Assembly: GCA_013265495.1 (NCBI GenBank)
Contig: MU058584.1
Span: 2,513,599-2,577,598, forward strand
DNA length: 64,000 nucleotides
DNA from: Vicugna vicugna
Taxonomy: Eukaryota
Reading direction: 5' to 3'
Every line of letters starts with the position of its first letter. The stretch's first letter is position 1. A program made the position numbers and the translations under genes. This document shows positions 12,659-25,222 of the stretch, one piece after another. The notes beneath the pieces were generated by a model. That model was not told where the DNA came from and did no database searches. It saw nothing but the letters and a program-made list of their open reading frames with translations.

Positions 12659-13259
12659 GCACTGCTGTAATGGCTCCTACTAATGAGGAAAGAAAAGAGG
12701 TGAACTGAGTGGTAAATGATGTGTTTGTGCCAAACGAAGCCCAAATGACATCACAGCAGGCTCTACCATGTAGTACAGTGGAGGGAAGCAGTGTGCAAAT
12801 AGTCAGGACAGAAGGTAACGACGGGCACGCGGGACTCCAAGGACCTGGGGCTGCACACCCCGTACCATACTCGTGTTGCAAACTGTGATTGGGCTTCAGC
12901 CAAACATTACTCATCATAGTGCATTGATGCTGTTCATCTGGATCTTATTATGCTTGTATTTGAGTTTCTATTTAGTTGGTTAAGTTGTTTAGGGTGTATC
13001 AGAGCTCTGACCATGAATGTTTATGTCTAGTTTTATTTTCAACATATTTAAGTAACGCAAAAATAATTTAACACAGGGATCTTTGAGCATTTTTTTTCCC
13101 TTTCAAGGGGGCATCTCCATACATTTCTTAATTTGAAGAACACTGTGCAGAATAAATAGGCTGTCCATCGCTGGATCTGCTCTTGGGAAAACTTTGAGAT
13201 AGGAATCCCAAGACTGGCCAATTCCATCAAAATGGAATTCCATCAAACAATGAGTTGAC

Positions 13260-13310
13260 TGTTTTGTTTTGTTTTGTTTTGTTTTGTTTTGTTTTGTTTT
13301 GTTTTTGTTT
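13260..13310. repeat. (GTTTT)n microsatellite
   Basis: Direct reading. Confidence 0.95.
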
Positions 13311-13380
13311 CTGTTTTACAGGTTGCCTGAAATCTCATATAGAATCCTGAGTATAAAATCTGATAAACCTAAGGGTTTTA

Positions 13381-13384
<4 letters not shown>

Positions 13385-13419
<35 letters not shown>
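13385..13419. repeat. (TG)n microsatellite
   Basis: Direct reading. Confidence 0.95.
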
Positions 13420-13420
<1 letters not shown>

Positions 13421-14600
13421 TTTGAGCATAGTTTTTCTGTGCCAGAGAATTCCAATCAGATTATCTTCTTTGGTTGTAATAATTAATACCCATTTTATTA
13501 AAGGTACTAATCCAAAAAGTAATCCTTCCTTAAGCTTTTTAATTCAATTTGCAAATCTTGCTATTTTACCTTTAAATCTAGTAAATCTTAACAATTATAT
13601 TCTGGGAAGGGGGGTTATTAATGTTTGGCCCAATTTATAAACTTGGTTAAGCTTTTTTACAAGTTTTAAAGTGCACTTATAAATATAATATATTCAATTT
13701 TCTCTTTAAATACTTTAATTACCTGGATGAAAAGCCTTCCCCATACTTAAATAATTCTTATAAATACAAAATTAGATGTTTAAATACAGTGGACCTTAAG
13801 TTCTCTTAAATATTTTAACATTGTATATAAAATAAGTAAGATTTCAACCTAAAATTATAAGACTAAATCAATTACTCAACCATATATTTTAAATTAAAGT
13901 CACAAAGCTTAACTATTGTTCTAATAAGTCATTATAATTAAACATTACTAGTAACCAAAATTTCAAATTTTTCTGGATTCCTGACACAAAGACATTAATA
14001 CTACAGTTCTGGTCTTTTAAACATTTCAGTGCTTAATTCTAAATCTTCTGGGTTTTGAAAGATGCTTACACAGTAAAGAAAAAATTATGTTACCCACATA
14101 ATTAAGGGGGATAATATCTGATTCAGTTGGGATTATATGATGACCTGAGTTTTCGGCTGGGATGGTGAGTGGATATCTGGCAACAGTGCTGTCGGGGCTT
14201 CTCTAGTTCCATTTGCTATGCTTTTACCAAAACCCTCCAATGGGCTAGACTCATAAAGTGTTTAGTTCACATCAAGTCATAAATTACTTGATTTATTCAC
14301 TTTACCCCAGAAAACGGCATTCCCAACTCTGGCTTGTTCACTTGGATTTTGCTTTTCTTTGTTTCTTAGGATATATAAATACATTTTCCAGTTAACTCCA
14401 GAAGACTTTGGATCTTGCATCCTTCTTATATACTTCCTACCTCTTAAAATTGAATTCCAGACATCTCTCATGACTTGCTACTGTTTAATCACAACTTTTA
14501 AGGTCATTTCTCTGATACAACCTATTTCTAAGATGCATAAAAATTGGTTTTGAAATCCAGCCCAGTTATTTAGAAAATTTGTTTGTTTGTTTGGAACTCT
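13420..14600 (-). mobile_element. Possible degenerate ERV1 internal (non-coding) remnant
   Basis: AT-rich tract with motifs resembling antisense MER4-group internals (gaaatccagcccagttattt). No ORF. Confidence 0.35.
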
Positions 14601-14928
14601 TTGTTCAGTTGTAACGTTATACAGTACTATGAACAAATAAAGCAGATGAAAGCTTCAGATCCTATCATCTTCAAACAATGTGGCCCTCCAGACATGAGAT
14701 CACAGGGGAAGCTTCTCCAACTCTTCTCTTTATGATCTTGGTGATCAACCATGGCCCATCATGTCACATCACCCTGGACAGTGGTCATGAGGATAGAGCA
14801 CATGACCACAAGGCTTGCACACAACGATAGTGGTAAACTATGGTCCTGGTGCCCAGGATGATTACTGGAGGTCATGTACAAAAGCCAGGTAAGGTCTAAT
14901 AGTCAAAGGAGGCATCAGGTGGGGGGAT

Positions 14929-15375
14929 TGTGGAAGACTGCTCTCTGTTATCTGAAATTCATGCTCTCTTCTTTGGGGCATAATATTAGACTATATTTCC
15001 CCAGCTCCCTTGCCATATGACTGAATTCTGGCCAATGGAATGTGAATAGATATGGGGTGTTCCATTTCCAGGCATCCTATTAAGACCTATTCTGTCTTCC
15101 ATGTTCTTTTCCCTTATAACTGGCAAGAATGGAGACAGCCCTCAAGTTGATCTTTGTGGCCACAATTTGAAAATGGCAATTCCTCCATCAGCCTGGGTCC
15201 CTGATTAATTGCATGGATTAGGATCACTCCATCAAGCTGTTTGTCTACTCAGCACTGTTACACAGCAAAAAAAAAAAAAAATACACACACACACACACAC
15301 ACACACACACTGTGCTTGAGCCATTACATATTTGAGGACTTGTTTGTTATGGTACCTGGCTCACTCTAATTAATA
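14929..15375 (+). mobile_element. MLT1-type MaLR LTR containing an A/(CA)n tract
   Basis: ccatatgactgaattctggccaatggaatgtga; catcagcctgggtccctga; gagccattacatatttgaggacttgtttgtta. Confidence 0.75.
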
Positions 15376-16089
15376 GAGCAATTGACAGGATTGACTTCTC
15401 CATGTGGCTCTGTACTCTAACTTCCACGATTAGGGTCTCATTCATTATTAATCTCTCTATCAGAAGGTATCCATTGACCATATCCACTCATAATGATGCA
15501 AGTTTGAGGCTGGTCAACAACGGAGCCTGATAAATCAACACAAAACAGACCCAAGCTTCCATTATTTAGTACGTTCTGATTCCCTTGCATCTACCATCAT
15601 TGGGTCTGGTGCCCTGGCTCTTAGCCTGGAAGGATGGAAGGGACAGGTATAGTTTCTCCATTACTTGTGTGTCAAGCCTTTTCAATGGTGATATATGACT
15701 CCAGAGGTTTCAGGGTGGGATGACTATGCCCAGAATGACCAGCTTCCTCACAACACTGGTGGGGTTACCCTTGCAGAGGCACAGGTGTTCAATACAGCAG
15801 TAAAGTGTATTTCCACCATGGACCAGGTCATGATGGCGTAGCCCATGCTGGGGAATAGGTTACTGACTAGGAATTAGAGCCAAGTGCTCTTTCAGCCTCA
15901 CAGAGCAAGACCACCAGAGTGGGCTCACCTTTACCACGGAAGCCATCTCACCGTGGCAGGGATCATCGGAACTCTGCCTGGAGTTATACACACACAGTCA
16001 GCCGCATTCTCCATTAACAGAGCATTTGTAGACGTTATTCTTCCCTCTGAGAGTCCCCATCCCTGTTCCCCAGCTAGCTAGCTCCTTAA

Positions 16090-16340
16090 CCTTCAGGTCA
16101 ATTTTCATTTACTCTGAGCCTATGACCCTTCAGACTGGGTTAGCTTCTCCTCTCTCTAATTTTCCATAGCACCCTGAGCATATTTCTGTGTATAAGCCAG
16201 TTTTGCATTTATTTACTGTCATCTCTCTTGCCAGATGGGGACTTGGGAGCAGTGGCTGTGTCTTTCCTCTTGGTAACCACCTTGCCTTCATCACCCCATA
16301 GAGGTCACTCAAGAAATACCTGTTAGTGAATTAATGAGCA
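16090..16340 (+). mobile_element. L2 3' end
   Basis: cactcaagaaatacctgttagtgaattaatga resembles the L2 tail. Confidence 0.55.
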
Positions 16341-17548
16341 TTTATTTGGCATCATGTAGACTGACCCACAGATTAAATAGCTGCAATTCCAATCTCCAAC
16401 TGTTTTGTCACCACATAGAACCTATATTTTACCAGTCACAACTTCCCTGGGTGTTTGATTTCTCCCTCTTAGCAACCCAGTGATAGCTCTCTAACTTCTG
16501 CTTTATTTCCCCAGATAACGAGAGAACATAAAAGGCATTAAAGGGTTAAACATGTTGCAATCTGTTTGACATGAGAAGAAAAAAGATACAAAGAAATTTT
16601 AATAAAAATCCAACTCTACCAGGATTTAGACTCATTACCTCTGCAATATAAGGAAGACACCAGGCAATGTGAATTTACAGGTGTTAATTAGCCAACAGAG
16701 GGCTCCTGGATTGTTCCCAGAATACCATACAAACATAGAGAACTAGAAAAATTCAATCAAAGAGCATTCCCTGGCTCATAGGAAAGCCCGCATGCGTGCA
16801 CAATGTCATGCAAATCAGGTTTAATTTACTGCATGTTTTTCTGCTTCCACCAAATTTGTTGAGGAGAATGGATCTTTCTCTGCTTATAGGTATAAACTCC
16901 TGCATCATCAAAGCATGCTCAGATCAAGATGGTGTTTCCCAACTGATGCCTGAATAATAACAGAAGAAATTCTCTGTGCAAAAAAAATACTAAATGGATG
17001 CTCCCATGGGCAGCATTAATTTGGAACTGCTCCCCATTGCTCTATGGAGTAGAGTTTACTGGGGTAATAGGAACACGGGTAGGACCTTATTTTAAACCCA
17101 AATAATTAATCTGATAAACCTTCTTGTTCCTTCTAGAGAACTGAGAATTAACTGTTAATGGTTTGCATGAGGGTGATTTGAAATATATCCCGCCTGCAGC
17201 CACAATTAATTAAACCATATTCACAATTAAACATAAGTAACACTTTGGGGGATACATACATCAACGCAGCATCCAACAACCAGTCTAATGTTTCTCCCAC
17301 TGCATTTCCTGGTGAATTGTGGACACAGGCATAGGTAAATTCAACCTGCTGGTGCAATTATGATAATCCAGCCACTTTCATTTTCTCATTCAGGGGCTCA
17401 CTCATGGAGCCACTGCCATCTTCCCAGATTGTGTTGTACTGGGCACTCTTGGTGTTCTGAAGATGCAGACGCATTGCGATAGTTATAGCTAACACTTAAC
17501 ACGTAGGCAGTGCTAACTATGTGTGAAGCACAACATGAATAACTTTTT

Positions 17549-18042
17549 TTTCAAAAATTTTTAAATCGAAATGTAGTTGATTTACAATGGTGTGTTAGTT
17601 TCTGGCATACAGCAAAATATATATATTCTTTTTAGTTATATATATATATATTCTATATAGGGAGAGATTCTTTTCCATTGTAGATTATTACAAGATATCG
17701 ACAAGATAGTGAATATAGTTCCCAGTGCTATACAGTAGGTCCTTGTTGTTTATCTATTTTATATGTAGTAATGTATATCTGTTAATTCCAAACTCTTAAT
17801 TTATCCCTCCCCCTCCTATTTCTCCTTTGGTATCCGTAAGTTTGTCTTCAATGTCTGTGAGTCTATTTCTGTTTTGTAAACAAGTTTATTTGTATCATTT
17901 TTTTAGATTCCACATATAAGTGATACCATATGATATTTGTCTTTCTCTGTCTGACTTACTTCACTTAGATGATAATCTCTGGGCCCATCCATGTTGCTGC
18001 AAATGCTGTTATTTCATTCCTTTTTAAGGTTGAGTAATATTC

Positions 18043-18081
<39 letters not shown>

Positions 18082-18396
18082 CACACACCACATCTTCTTT
18101 ATCTATTCATCTCTCTATGGATTTAGGTTGCTTCCATGTCTTGGCTATTGTATGAACATTGGGATGCATGTAACTTTTCAAGTTAGAGTTCTTGTCTTTT
18201 CTAGATATATGCCCAGGAATGGGATTGCTGGATCATATGGTAACTCTGTTTTTAGTTTTTTAAGGAACCTTCATGCTGTTCTCCATAGTGGCTGCACCGG
18301 TTTACATTCCCACCAACAGTGTAGGAGGGCTCCCTCTTCTCCACACCCTCTCCAGCATTTGCTATTTGTAGACTTTTTGTTGATGGCTATTTGATG
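17549..18396 (-). mobile_element. 5'-truncated L1 (ORF2 end plus 3'UTR) inserted in a MIR
   Basis: Typical antisense L1 3' sequence (ttagattccacatataagtgata; ctgacttacttcacttag; cccaggaatgggattgctggatcatatgg). TSD tgaat(a/c)acttttt at 17536-17548 and 18397-18409. Confidence 0.92.
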
Positions 18397-19325
18397 TGAA
18401 TCACTTTTTAAATATTCATGTTCATCTATTTAGTTGTCATATCAAACCTATGAGGCAAGCACTCTCATCTGCACAGAACGGATGAAGAAACTGAGGCACA
18501 GAGGGCTCCATGACTTCCCCAAGAGTCTAGGGCTACAAATGGAGCAGGTGGGAGGCCCTGCTCTTAACTATGACACTCTGTTGCCTCACTTCCCAATAAA
18601 TCCTCAATGATTGTGGCTCAGAGAGTCCGACCAAAAAGGGTACTATGGCTCATGAAAACAGAGTGTGATTACTGACTACTAATGGGTGGTTTTTAAGATG
18701 GGTTCAGCGAGCTTTCTGCAGTTCATTAAACTCCACGTGCCATGTGTTTTGTGACAAGGACATATTAGTATTTGTTTTCTGGTTTGTATTAATACTTTAT
18801 GAAGTCCAGGCATGGCCTCGTGGCACCTTATCCAAAGCACTGGGCATCTTCTCACGTGTCATTTATTCTAGAGCACGTCAAGGTAGTTAGTGCTCTTGTG
18901 TGGATGAGCCGGGGTGTGCTCACTGGTTTGCAAGGTCTCTAAGCTCTGCCAAAATGGACAGTCGGAAAATCCTACTGGCCGTTGAACTAGGAGATGATGT
19001 TTGAAATTTGGGAAAGGGAGTGTGATCATAGATTCCTGTTTCTCTGAGTAGAAGAGGATCCTGGGACACATACTCAGGCCCCCAGTTGTCACCCTGGGCC
19101 ATGGCAAAGCTCAGAACCCAGCAGATGACTGAGAAGAAGGGCCATTTCTGGCACTGGGAGGATAGCACGTAGCTCACTTTGAGTGTTTCCAAGCACAGCC
19201 CCAAGTCAAGTGGCTAAAAACTGGCTCAAGTGGAGGGGAAATGAAGCCTGGATTTCTTCACTGACAGGTCTGTTTTGCCTAGTTATTTTCAGTTCCGTTC
19301 ACAACAGCATCAGATTAACTATGTG

Positions 19326-19405
19326 TTAGGTTGAACCATATGAAATTCCTAACATTCAATCAGTTTTGACTAACCAAAAAGTCAGTTTTGTATAGATTAA
19401 CCTAA
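19326..19405. mobile_element. Short palindromic DNA transposon (MER53-like)
   Basis: Termini ttaggttgaaccatatgaaa and ttttgtatagattaacctaa are imperfect inverted repeats. Confidence 0.65.
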
Positions 19406-19841
19406 GTACCTCCAAATACTAGCATCATGGTATTTCAATGATAAGAGCTGGGTGGGCAATCTGCCAACCTCTCTCATCAATTCACTTACTGAGTGGCTGG
19501 TGTGTGAAAGGCACGAAGAGATACAATGGCTGTCCTGATGAATGGCGTGGCGGGAAGAGGGGGAGCACAACACGGGCAGCCTGTGTGCCCTGGTGCCGCC
19601 TTCTCCAATACCATCTCTTGATTTAAAAAAACAGCCTTTGATTTTATATTGCTTGACATCCATAGGTTATCATGAAACCAGTATTAAAAATACAGTTAGA
19701 GCTTAATGAAAATTTAATGAGTCCTTCCCATGTGTATTCCAGCATAGATATAGGGAGAGAAAAAACTGAACTCCTAACCTCAAGGGCATTTTGAGTCATT
19801 CCACAAATGTCTTGTTTTAAAGACCTACTATGTACCAGGAT

Positions 19842-20258
19842 CTGTATAAAAAGGTTGTGGGGGATGCTTGCTTTTTTAAGGAGTGGGAGACTGGAACATA
19901 ATGAAGAATGCGACACGCTCAACTCTTAGACTCACACTGTCCTATAGAAATGTAATGCAAGCCACATACACAACCCAATGTAATACACTGGAGCAGCTTT
20001 TAAAAAGTGAATAAAAAAAAACTAGTAGCATCAATTTTAACAATACATTTTATTTAACCTTTTATATCCAAATATTATCATTCCAAAAATTTAATCAATA
20101 TAAAAACATCTGAATGAGAAATTTTACACTTTTAAAAAAAATGGTCTTCAAACTCCAGTGTATTTCATATTGATATCACATTTCAACCTGGACAGACTCA
20201 GTAGCTTTCTGTGACTAGTGGTGACTGGATTGGACAGTGTCGTCATAGACCTTCTCCA
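19842..20258 (+). repeat. Left arm of ~415-bp inverted duplication, containing a MER33/MER3-like hAT element at ~19935-20239
   Basis: Aligns by eye to the reverse complement of 20960-21373 with about 22 differences. Internal TIRs cactgtcc...ggacagtg. Confidence 0.95.
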
Positions 20259-20574
20259 CAGAATAAGGAAACACCCAGACTAGTGTCAGTTTCAACCATA
20301 GAGAAGGGCAACCATGTGACTATAAAACATAGTTACAAAGTTGACAAAATGGTGGCCTCTCCACAGAGAGGTTTAATTACAGGGTGGCATTCCATAAGTA
20401 TCCTCAAGCCACAAGATCTAGGTGTGTGGAGCCAGGCCACACACAGGGTCTGGGATAATGCCCAGAGAAAGCTGTCTGGGAAAGGAGCAGGACCCTCCTC
20501 ATCTGGAGACCAAGAAATGAAATTGAATGCTGAGAAAGAGAAAGGATTAAGAAAACAGCCCTGCCCCTGCATCT

Positions 20575-20745
20575 ATTCACAGTCACATGACTTGGGCAAG
20601 AAACTTAGACTTTTGGAGTCTCAAGTCCCTTATCTGTAAAAAAAGAAGACACTGAGAGCCTTTATCTCATAGGTTGTTGTGCGAATTAAGTGCAATAATC
20701 CACAGGAAGAGTCTGGCACATAGTAAGTGCTCAACAAATATCACA
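20575..20745 (+). mobile_element. MIR SINE in the inverted-repeat spacer
   Basis: tgacttgggcaag...ttatctgtaaaa...ggttgttgtg...tggcacatagtaagtgctcaacaaat. Confidence 0.8.
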
Positions 20746-20959
20746 AGTATTGTTCCCATGCCCCTCTATGGCCTTTTGTCAGAGTTAACAGCCTTCATGA
20801 GGGTCATCGTGCAAACAGTGAACCACCACCCTGACTTGCTAGAAAAGCAAGGTGTAGACTTTACCAACTTGAAAGGTTTTGATCTGTAGACTAAGCCAAG
20901 AGCCTGCTGATCCACCACATTTAGAGCAGCATGTTGGAGATCTGTGTCTTCAGGTGATT

Positions 20960-21373
20960 TGGAGATGGTCTATGACGACACTGCCCAATCCAGTCACCAC
21001 TAGTCACAGGTAGCTACTGAGTCTGTACAGACTGAAATGTGATATCAATATGAAATACACTGGAGTTTGAAGACCACTTTTTTTAAAAGTGTAAAATTTC
21101 CCATTTATATGTTTTTATATTGATTAAATTTTTGAAATGATAATAATTTGGATATAAAAGATTAAATAAAATATATTGTTAAAATTAATTCTACTAGTTT
21201 TTTTTTCACTTTTTAAAAGCTGCTCCAGTGTATTACATTGGGTTGTGTGTGTGCTTGCGTTACATTTCTATAGGACAGTGTGAGTCTAAGAGTTGAGCAT
21301 GTCGCATTCTTCATTATGTTCCAGTCTCCCACTCCTTAAAAAAGCAAGCATCCCCCACAACCTTTTTATACAG
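20960..21373 (-). repeat. Right arm of ~415-bp inverted duplication
   Basis: Reverse complement of 19842-20258 at ~95% identity. Confidence 0.95.
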
Positions 21374-22473
21374 TTCTCCTCCCACCTATCCAGTCCCACC
21401 CCCTTTTGTATATGTGGTCCACCAATAATCAGCAACTCACTCCAAGAATAGCCTCATTTAAAGGTGTCTTGCGCCCCATGTTTTAGGAAGAGTGCATGAT
21501 CGGATTCTATTTCTCATATGGATGATCCAGCTAGTTGTACAGAAATGGGTCAATACAGGGTTGAAAAATATTGTTTCAGTATCTTACTCAACAGACAAAT
21601 GAGTAAATGTTTTGCAAACATAGTGTAAGAGCAAGGCATCATGTTTGATGCTCTGGGTAAAACAATGATAGAGACAGTGTTGCTTTCAAAGAACCTAGCG
21701 AACTTCATTAACATAAATTCGCATGTTTTGCTCTGTGCTGTGTGGTCCCTGAATATCCATCAGTCCCCATTTCCAGAAGCTCCCTGCCTTGTATCAGATG
21801 CCTCAGTGGTGCCAAACTACCACTGGAAGCCTGGCCTTACCATCTCGTCTCACTGGAAGCTTTACTAGATTGATTCTTCTGCCTGGAAAGTTTATTTCTC
21901 TCTCTCTCCTCCACCCCTATTCTCCAGGTTAAATGGATTTTCAGGGTTCAGTGTTCCATCCCTTCCTCTTAGGAGCCATCCCCAATCCTCTAGCCAAGGC
22001 AACAATGATCACTCCATTTTTCATGCAACTAGGAAGCTTCATACACAGCTTTATTGTTAATCTGTCACACTGGAGGGCAACTGTTCATTGGCCATTCATT
22101 TTACTAGAGTATGAGCAATTTAAGAGCCACATGTATGTTCAGAGAAGTTAGATGTTGAGTTTATACTTAAAGACCAAATTCCCAGCAGTCCCGTGTACCA
22201 TAAACTCAAACTCCTCTAGCAACTGACAAGCCAGAGGAAGAAAGGCACACCTCATAGTCAGTGTTTAGGGGTAGGTGTGATACTAGAAGCAGAGGAAATT
22301 AATTTTAATATGAACTTATATGACAACACTTTCATCATCAGGCCAGACTCCTTGCCAGCACATCTCTGGTTTGGAAGGATGGACTGGAACTTGTCATGTG
22401 CACGTTCACAGAGTCTATCTAGCACAACGTTCTGTTTTGGACTTTTTGAGAGCTTGGAAGATTTGCTGTCTGC

Positions 22474-22926
22474 TGTAGGAGTGGAAAACCCTTTTCCCTT
22501 CTAGGTTCTTTGGTTGGTCTACTAATTAAATTGGTATAGGACAGAATCACAGGAGAAAAGCAAAGTTACACACATATGGGGGTCCCATAAAAAGATGACG
22601 ACTCAAAAGGCAGCCAGGTAATCGATGTTTATATAACAACCCCAGCTAAGGAAAAGCGTTGGAGTCTGGGGAGACAAAGGGGAGGAAGGCCGCTCTCAGG
22701 AAGGGAGAGGAGAGGCATGGAACAAGGTTCTGTTGTGTAGATAAATTTCTTAGGTAAAAAGGTACCTCTGGTAATAGCTCTCTGCTTGGTACAGAACCCC
22801 TTTCCAGTGTAAATTTCCACAGTTGGAGAAGTAAAGAGCCTTTCCTGAATCTGCTGGCTCTTGCTTCCCTTTAGCTTAAAATTCTCCTCCTGCCAACGTG
22901 GCATGTCTTGGAGTGACAAATTCTGT
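22474..22926 (-). mobile_element. ERV1-type LTR, one end truncated or diverged
   Basis: Starts tgtagg; motifs ctaattaaatt...acaggagaaaag and ggcatgtcttggagtgacaaattctg resemble laurasiatherian LTRs. No TSD read. Confidence 0.6.
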
Positions 22927-24679
22927 TGGGGTTGGAATAAACTGCCCGCGGGATGGCTCAAAGTGAGAAGGCTCCCGAGATCCATTTACCTGGGCTGATT
23001 CAAGAGCTTCCCCAGGTGGGGCTCTGCTCCCGGCAGCGCTGTCCAGCGTGACGAAGGCAGACGCAGCGAGGGGAGAAGGCGGCCGTGTCTGTGCACAAGT
23101 GTCCAGGAAGCGGCTCACAGTGGGAGCTCGATGAATGTGGTTAAGACAATGAAGGGATGGCAACCTCTGCAGAAGATTAGGACAGACCCCTCAGTTGAGA
23201 ACCCTCATCACTCCTGCTGCGTCAGGAGCATCGGAGAACTGCACTCCAAGCATATTTGCTGGGAGAGTTTCTAGAAGGACCAGAGAGGGACCAAACTACG
23301 GATTTCCTGTCCTCAGAGGCCAAAACAAAGTCGAATGGAGATGTTTCCTGAGCGCTACCAATAGCTCTTCTCCGTGCTAGTTAAGTAGGGAGACCCGTTA
23401 AGAGAATCTTAGTCACTTGATTTCATTTTTCTAAGCTCTCACCCTATATTAATTAGCTGATAGAACCCTTATGGTGTGATGTGCATTTAGGGCCACTGCA
23501 GAATGCACATTGTCATGGAGATCTGTTTTGTGGGACTTGTTAGCACAGATATTATTTAGCTAAATAGCTCTTAATGGTTCCTTCAGAGTCTGCTGCATCT
23601 GTTGGGTAATTTGTTTTATGGTTGGGGACTTTAAAAATTCTGTTTTTTTAACTTACTCAACCCTCGTGACCTGTCTCTAGACCAGGGAAGTTAATAGAGT
23701 ACTGTTTTGTTCAGAAGAGATTTTAAATAATTCCCAATTCATCCTGGAGTAAGAAAAAGCCCCAGAGTGCAGTATTATTCGATTCCCATTTTGAAGAGTC
23801 ATTAAAAAATATATTATTTTTTTCAAACAGACTGCTTCAAGGGAAGAGGGATTTGAATTACATCAAATACCTGGCTCTTTTAAAAATTACCTGTTGAATC
23901 CACACAACTGAGAGTTGATGTGAATTTATTTTCACAGATCAGTTTGTGCATCTGGGGACAAGTGGACTGGGGTTCTGAAAGGTCCGTCCGGTGAGTTCTA
24001 TTGCAATCAAGCAGACTTGACTAACAGATCAAGGGTTTCAGTTTGCTGCAGGCAATGCCATGATATGTCATTTAAGAACTCCCCAGCATCTCAGGGCTGG
24101 GGCAGCCGCCGCAGCTGTCCTGTGATGTCAGCAGCAGCAGCATCCCATCAGGCAAGTCATCTTGCTTGTGAAATGCAAATATTCAAGTGATGGCAGATGG
24201 GGCTGGGAAGGAGGGCTCCTTTAATAATTCTATAATTCCATCATGTGTGCTGGTCTTCGGGAAAGGAGAGCTTTGAATATGGCAGCTATTGGAACCCCAC
24301 GTGGTCAAGAGTTGTTTCTGCTCAGACTTCTTCATCTTGCATGCTTCAAGACAAAGCTAAAATCTCTCAGAAATGAATTTGAAGGAGCATGTCTGGCGAC
24401 AAAGCCCATCAATGGCTCCTGAGAAGTCTTCAGAGCACCCATTTCAAGTGCAGCATCTGGCTGGCCTTTTTTGGAAGGAGAGTTAAGTCTGTGCATTTGG
24501 AAATGCCTTTGTGCTGAGAGTGGACAACCGTAGGTCCCTTCCAGGTTGCAACATACTACTTTTGAACCCAAAGGCCATTTCCCTTCGTGAGTTGGTTCTG
24601 ATAGAAGATATGCAGAGAGTTGACTGCAGCGGAGTGGCTGGTAGCCCAGGAAAGAGACAGAAATTGAATCGAATTCTCA

Positions 24680-24860
24680 TTTCTGCCGCTTACAAGTTTG
24701 CTGAACTTGGACACGTTATTTAACTTCTTTCATCTAAATTTACTCATTTGTGAAATGAGGATAATAATTCCTAATTCCCAGGGCTGTGATGAGGATTATG
24801 CGAGGTAACGTACATAAAATGCTTAGTGAAGGGGTGCTGATGGAGTAAGTGTTGAAAATT
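24680..24860 (+). mobile_element. MIR SINE
   Basis: ctcatttgtgaaatgaggataataa...gggctgtgatgaggatta. Confidence 0.75.
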
Positions 24861-25007
24861 ATCATCCGTCCTTTACAGGGCCTCACCTGAGCAGTGGGAA
24901 AACGCAGGGCTTTTAGGATGGCCATAAAAAGGCAAAGGGTTTGTGTGTGGTTATCACTAAATGTTCTTACACAGAAGAAATACACCCACACCTTCCCCTA
25001 CTTTCTA

Positions 25008-25222
25008 GACTAAGAATTGGAAAACTTTTTCTATAAAGAGTCAGATGGTAAATATTTTAGGTTTGTGGCTTGATGGTGTCTGTCACAACTACTCAACTTT
25101 GTCTTGTAGCATGAAGGTGGCCCTAGACACTCTGTGAACAAACAAGAGTGGCTGTGTTCCCATAAAACTTTATGTACAAACCAGGCATCCAGCTGGACTC
25201 GGTAGTTTGACAGCCTCTGCTA
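25008..25222. mobile_element. MER58A-like hAT MITE
   Basis: aaactttttctataaagagtcagatggtaaatattttagg...ggctgtgttcccataaaacttta...tagtttg. Confidence 0.8.

Noticed and set aside
18047..18394. 115-aa ORF
   Set aside because: Antisense reading of L1 3' sequence, a common spurious peptide.
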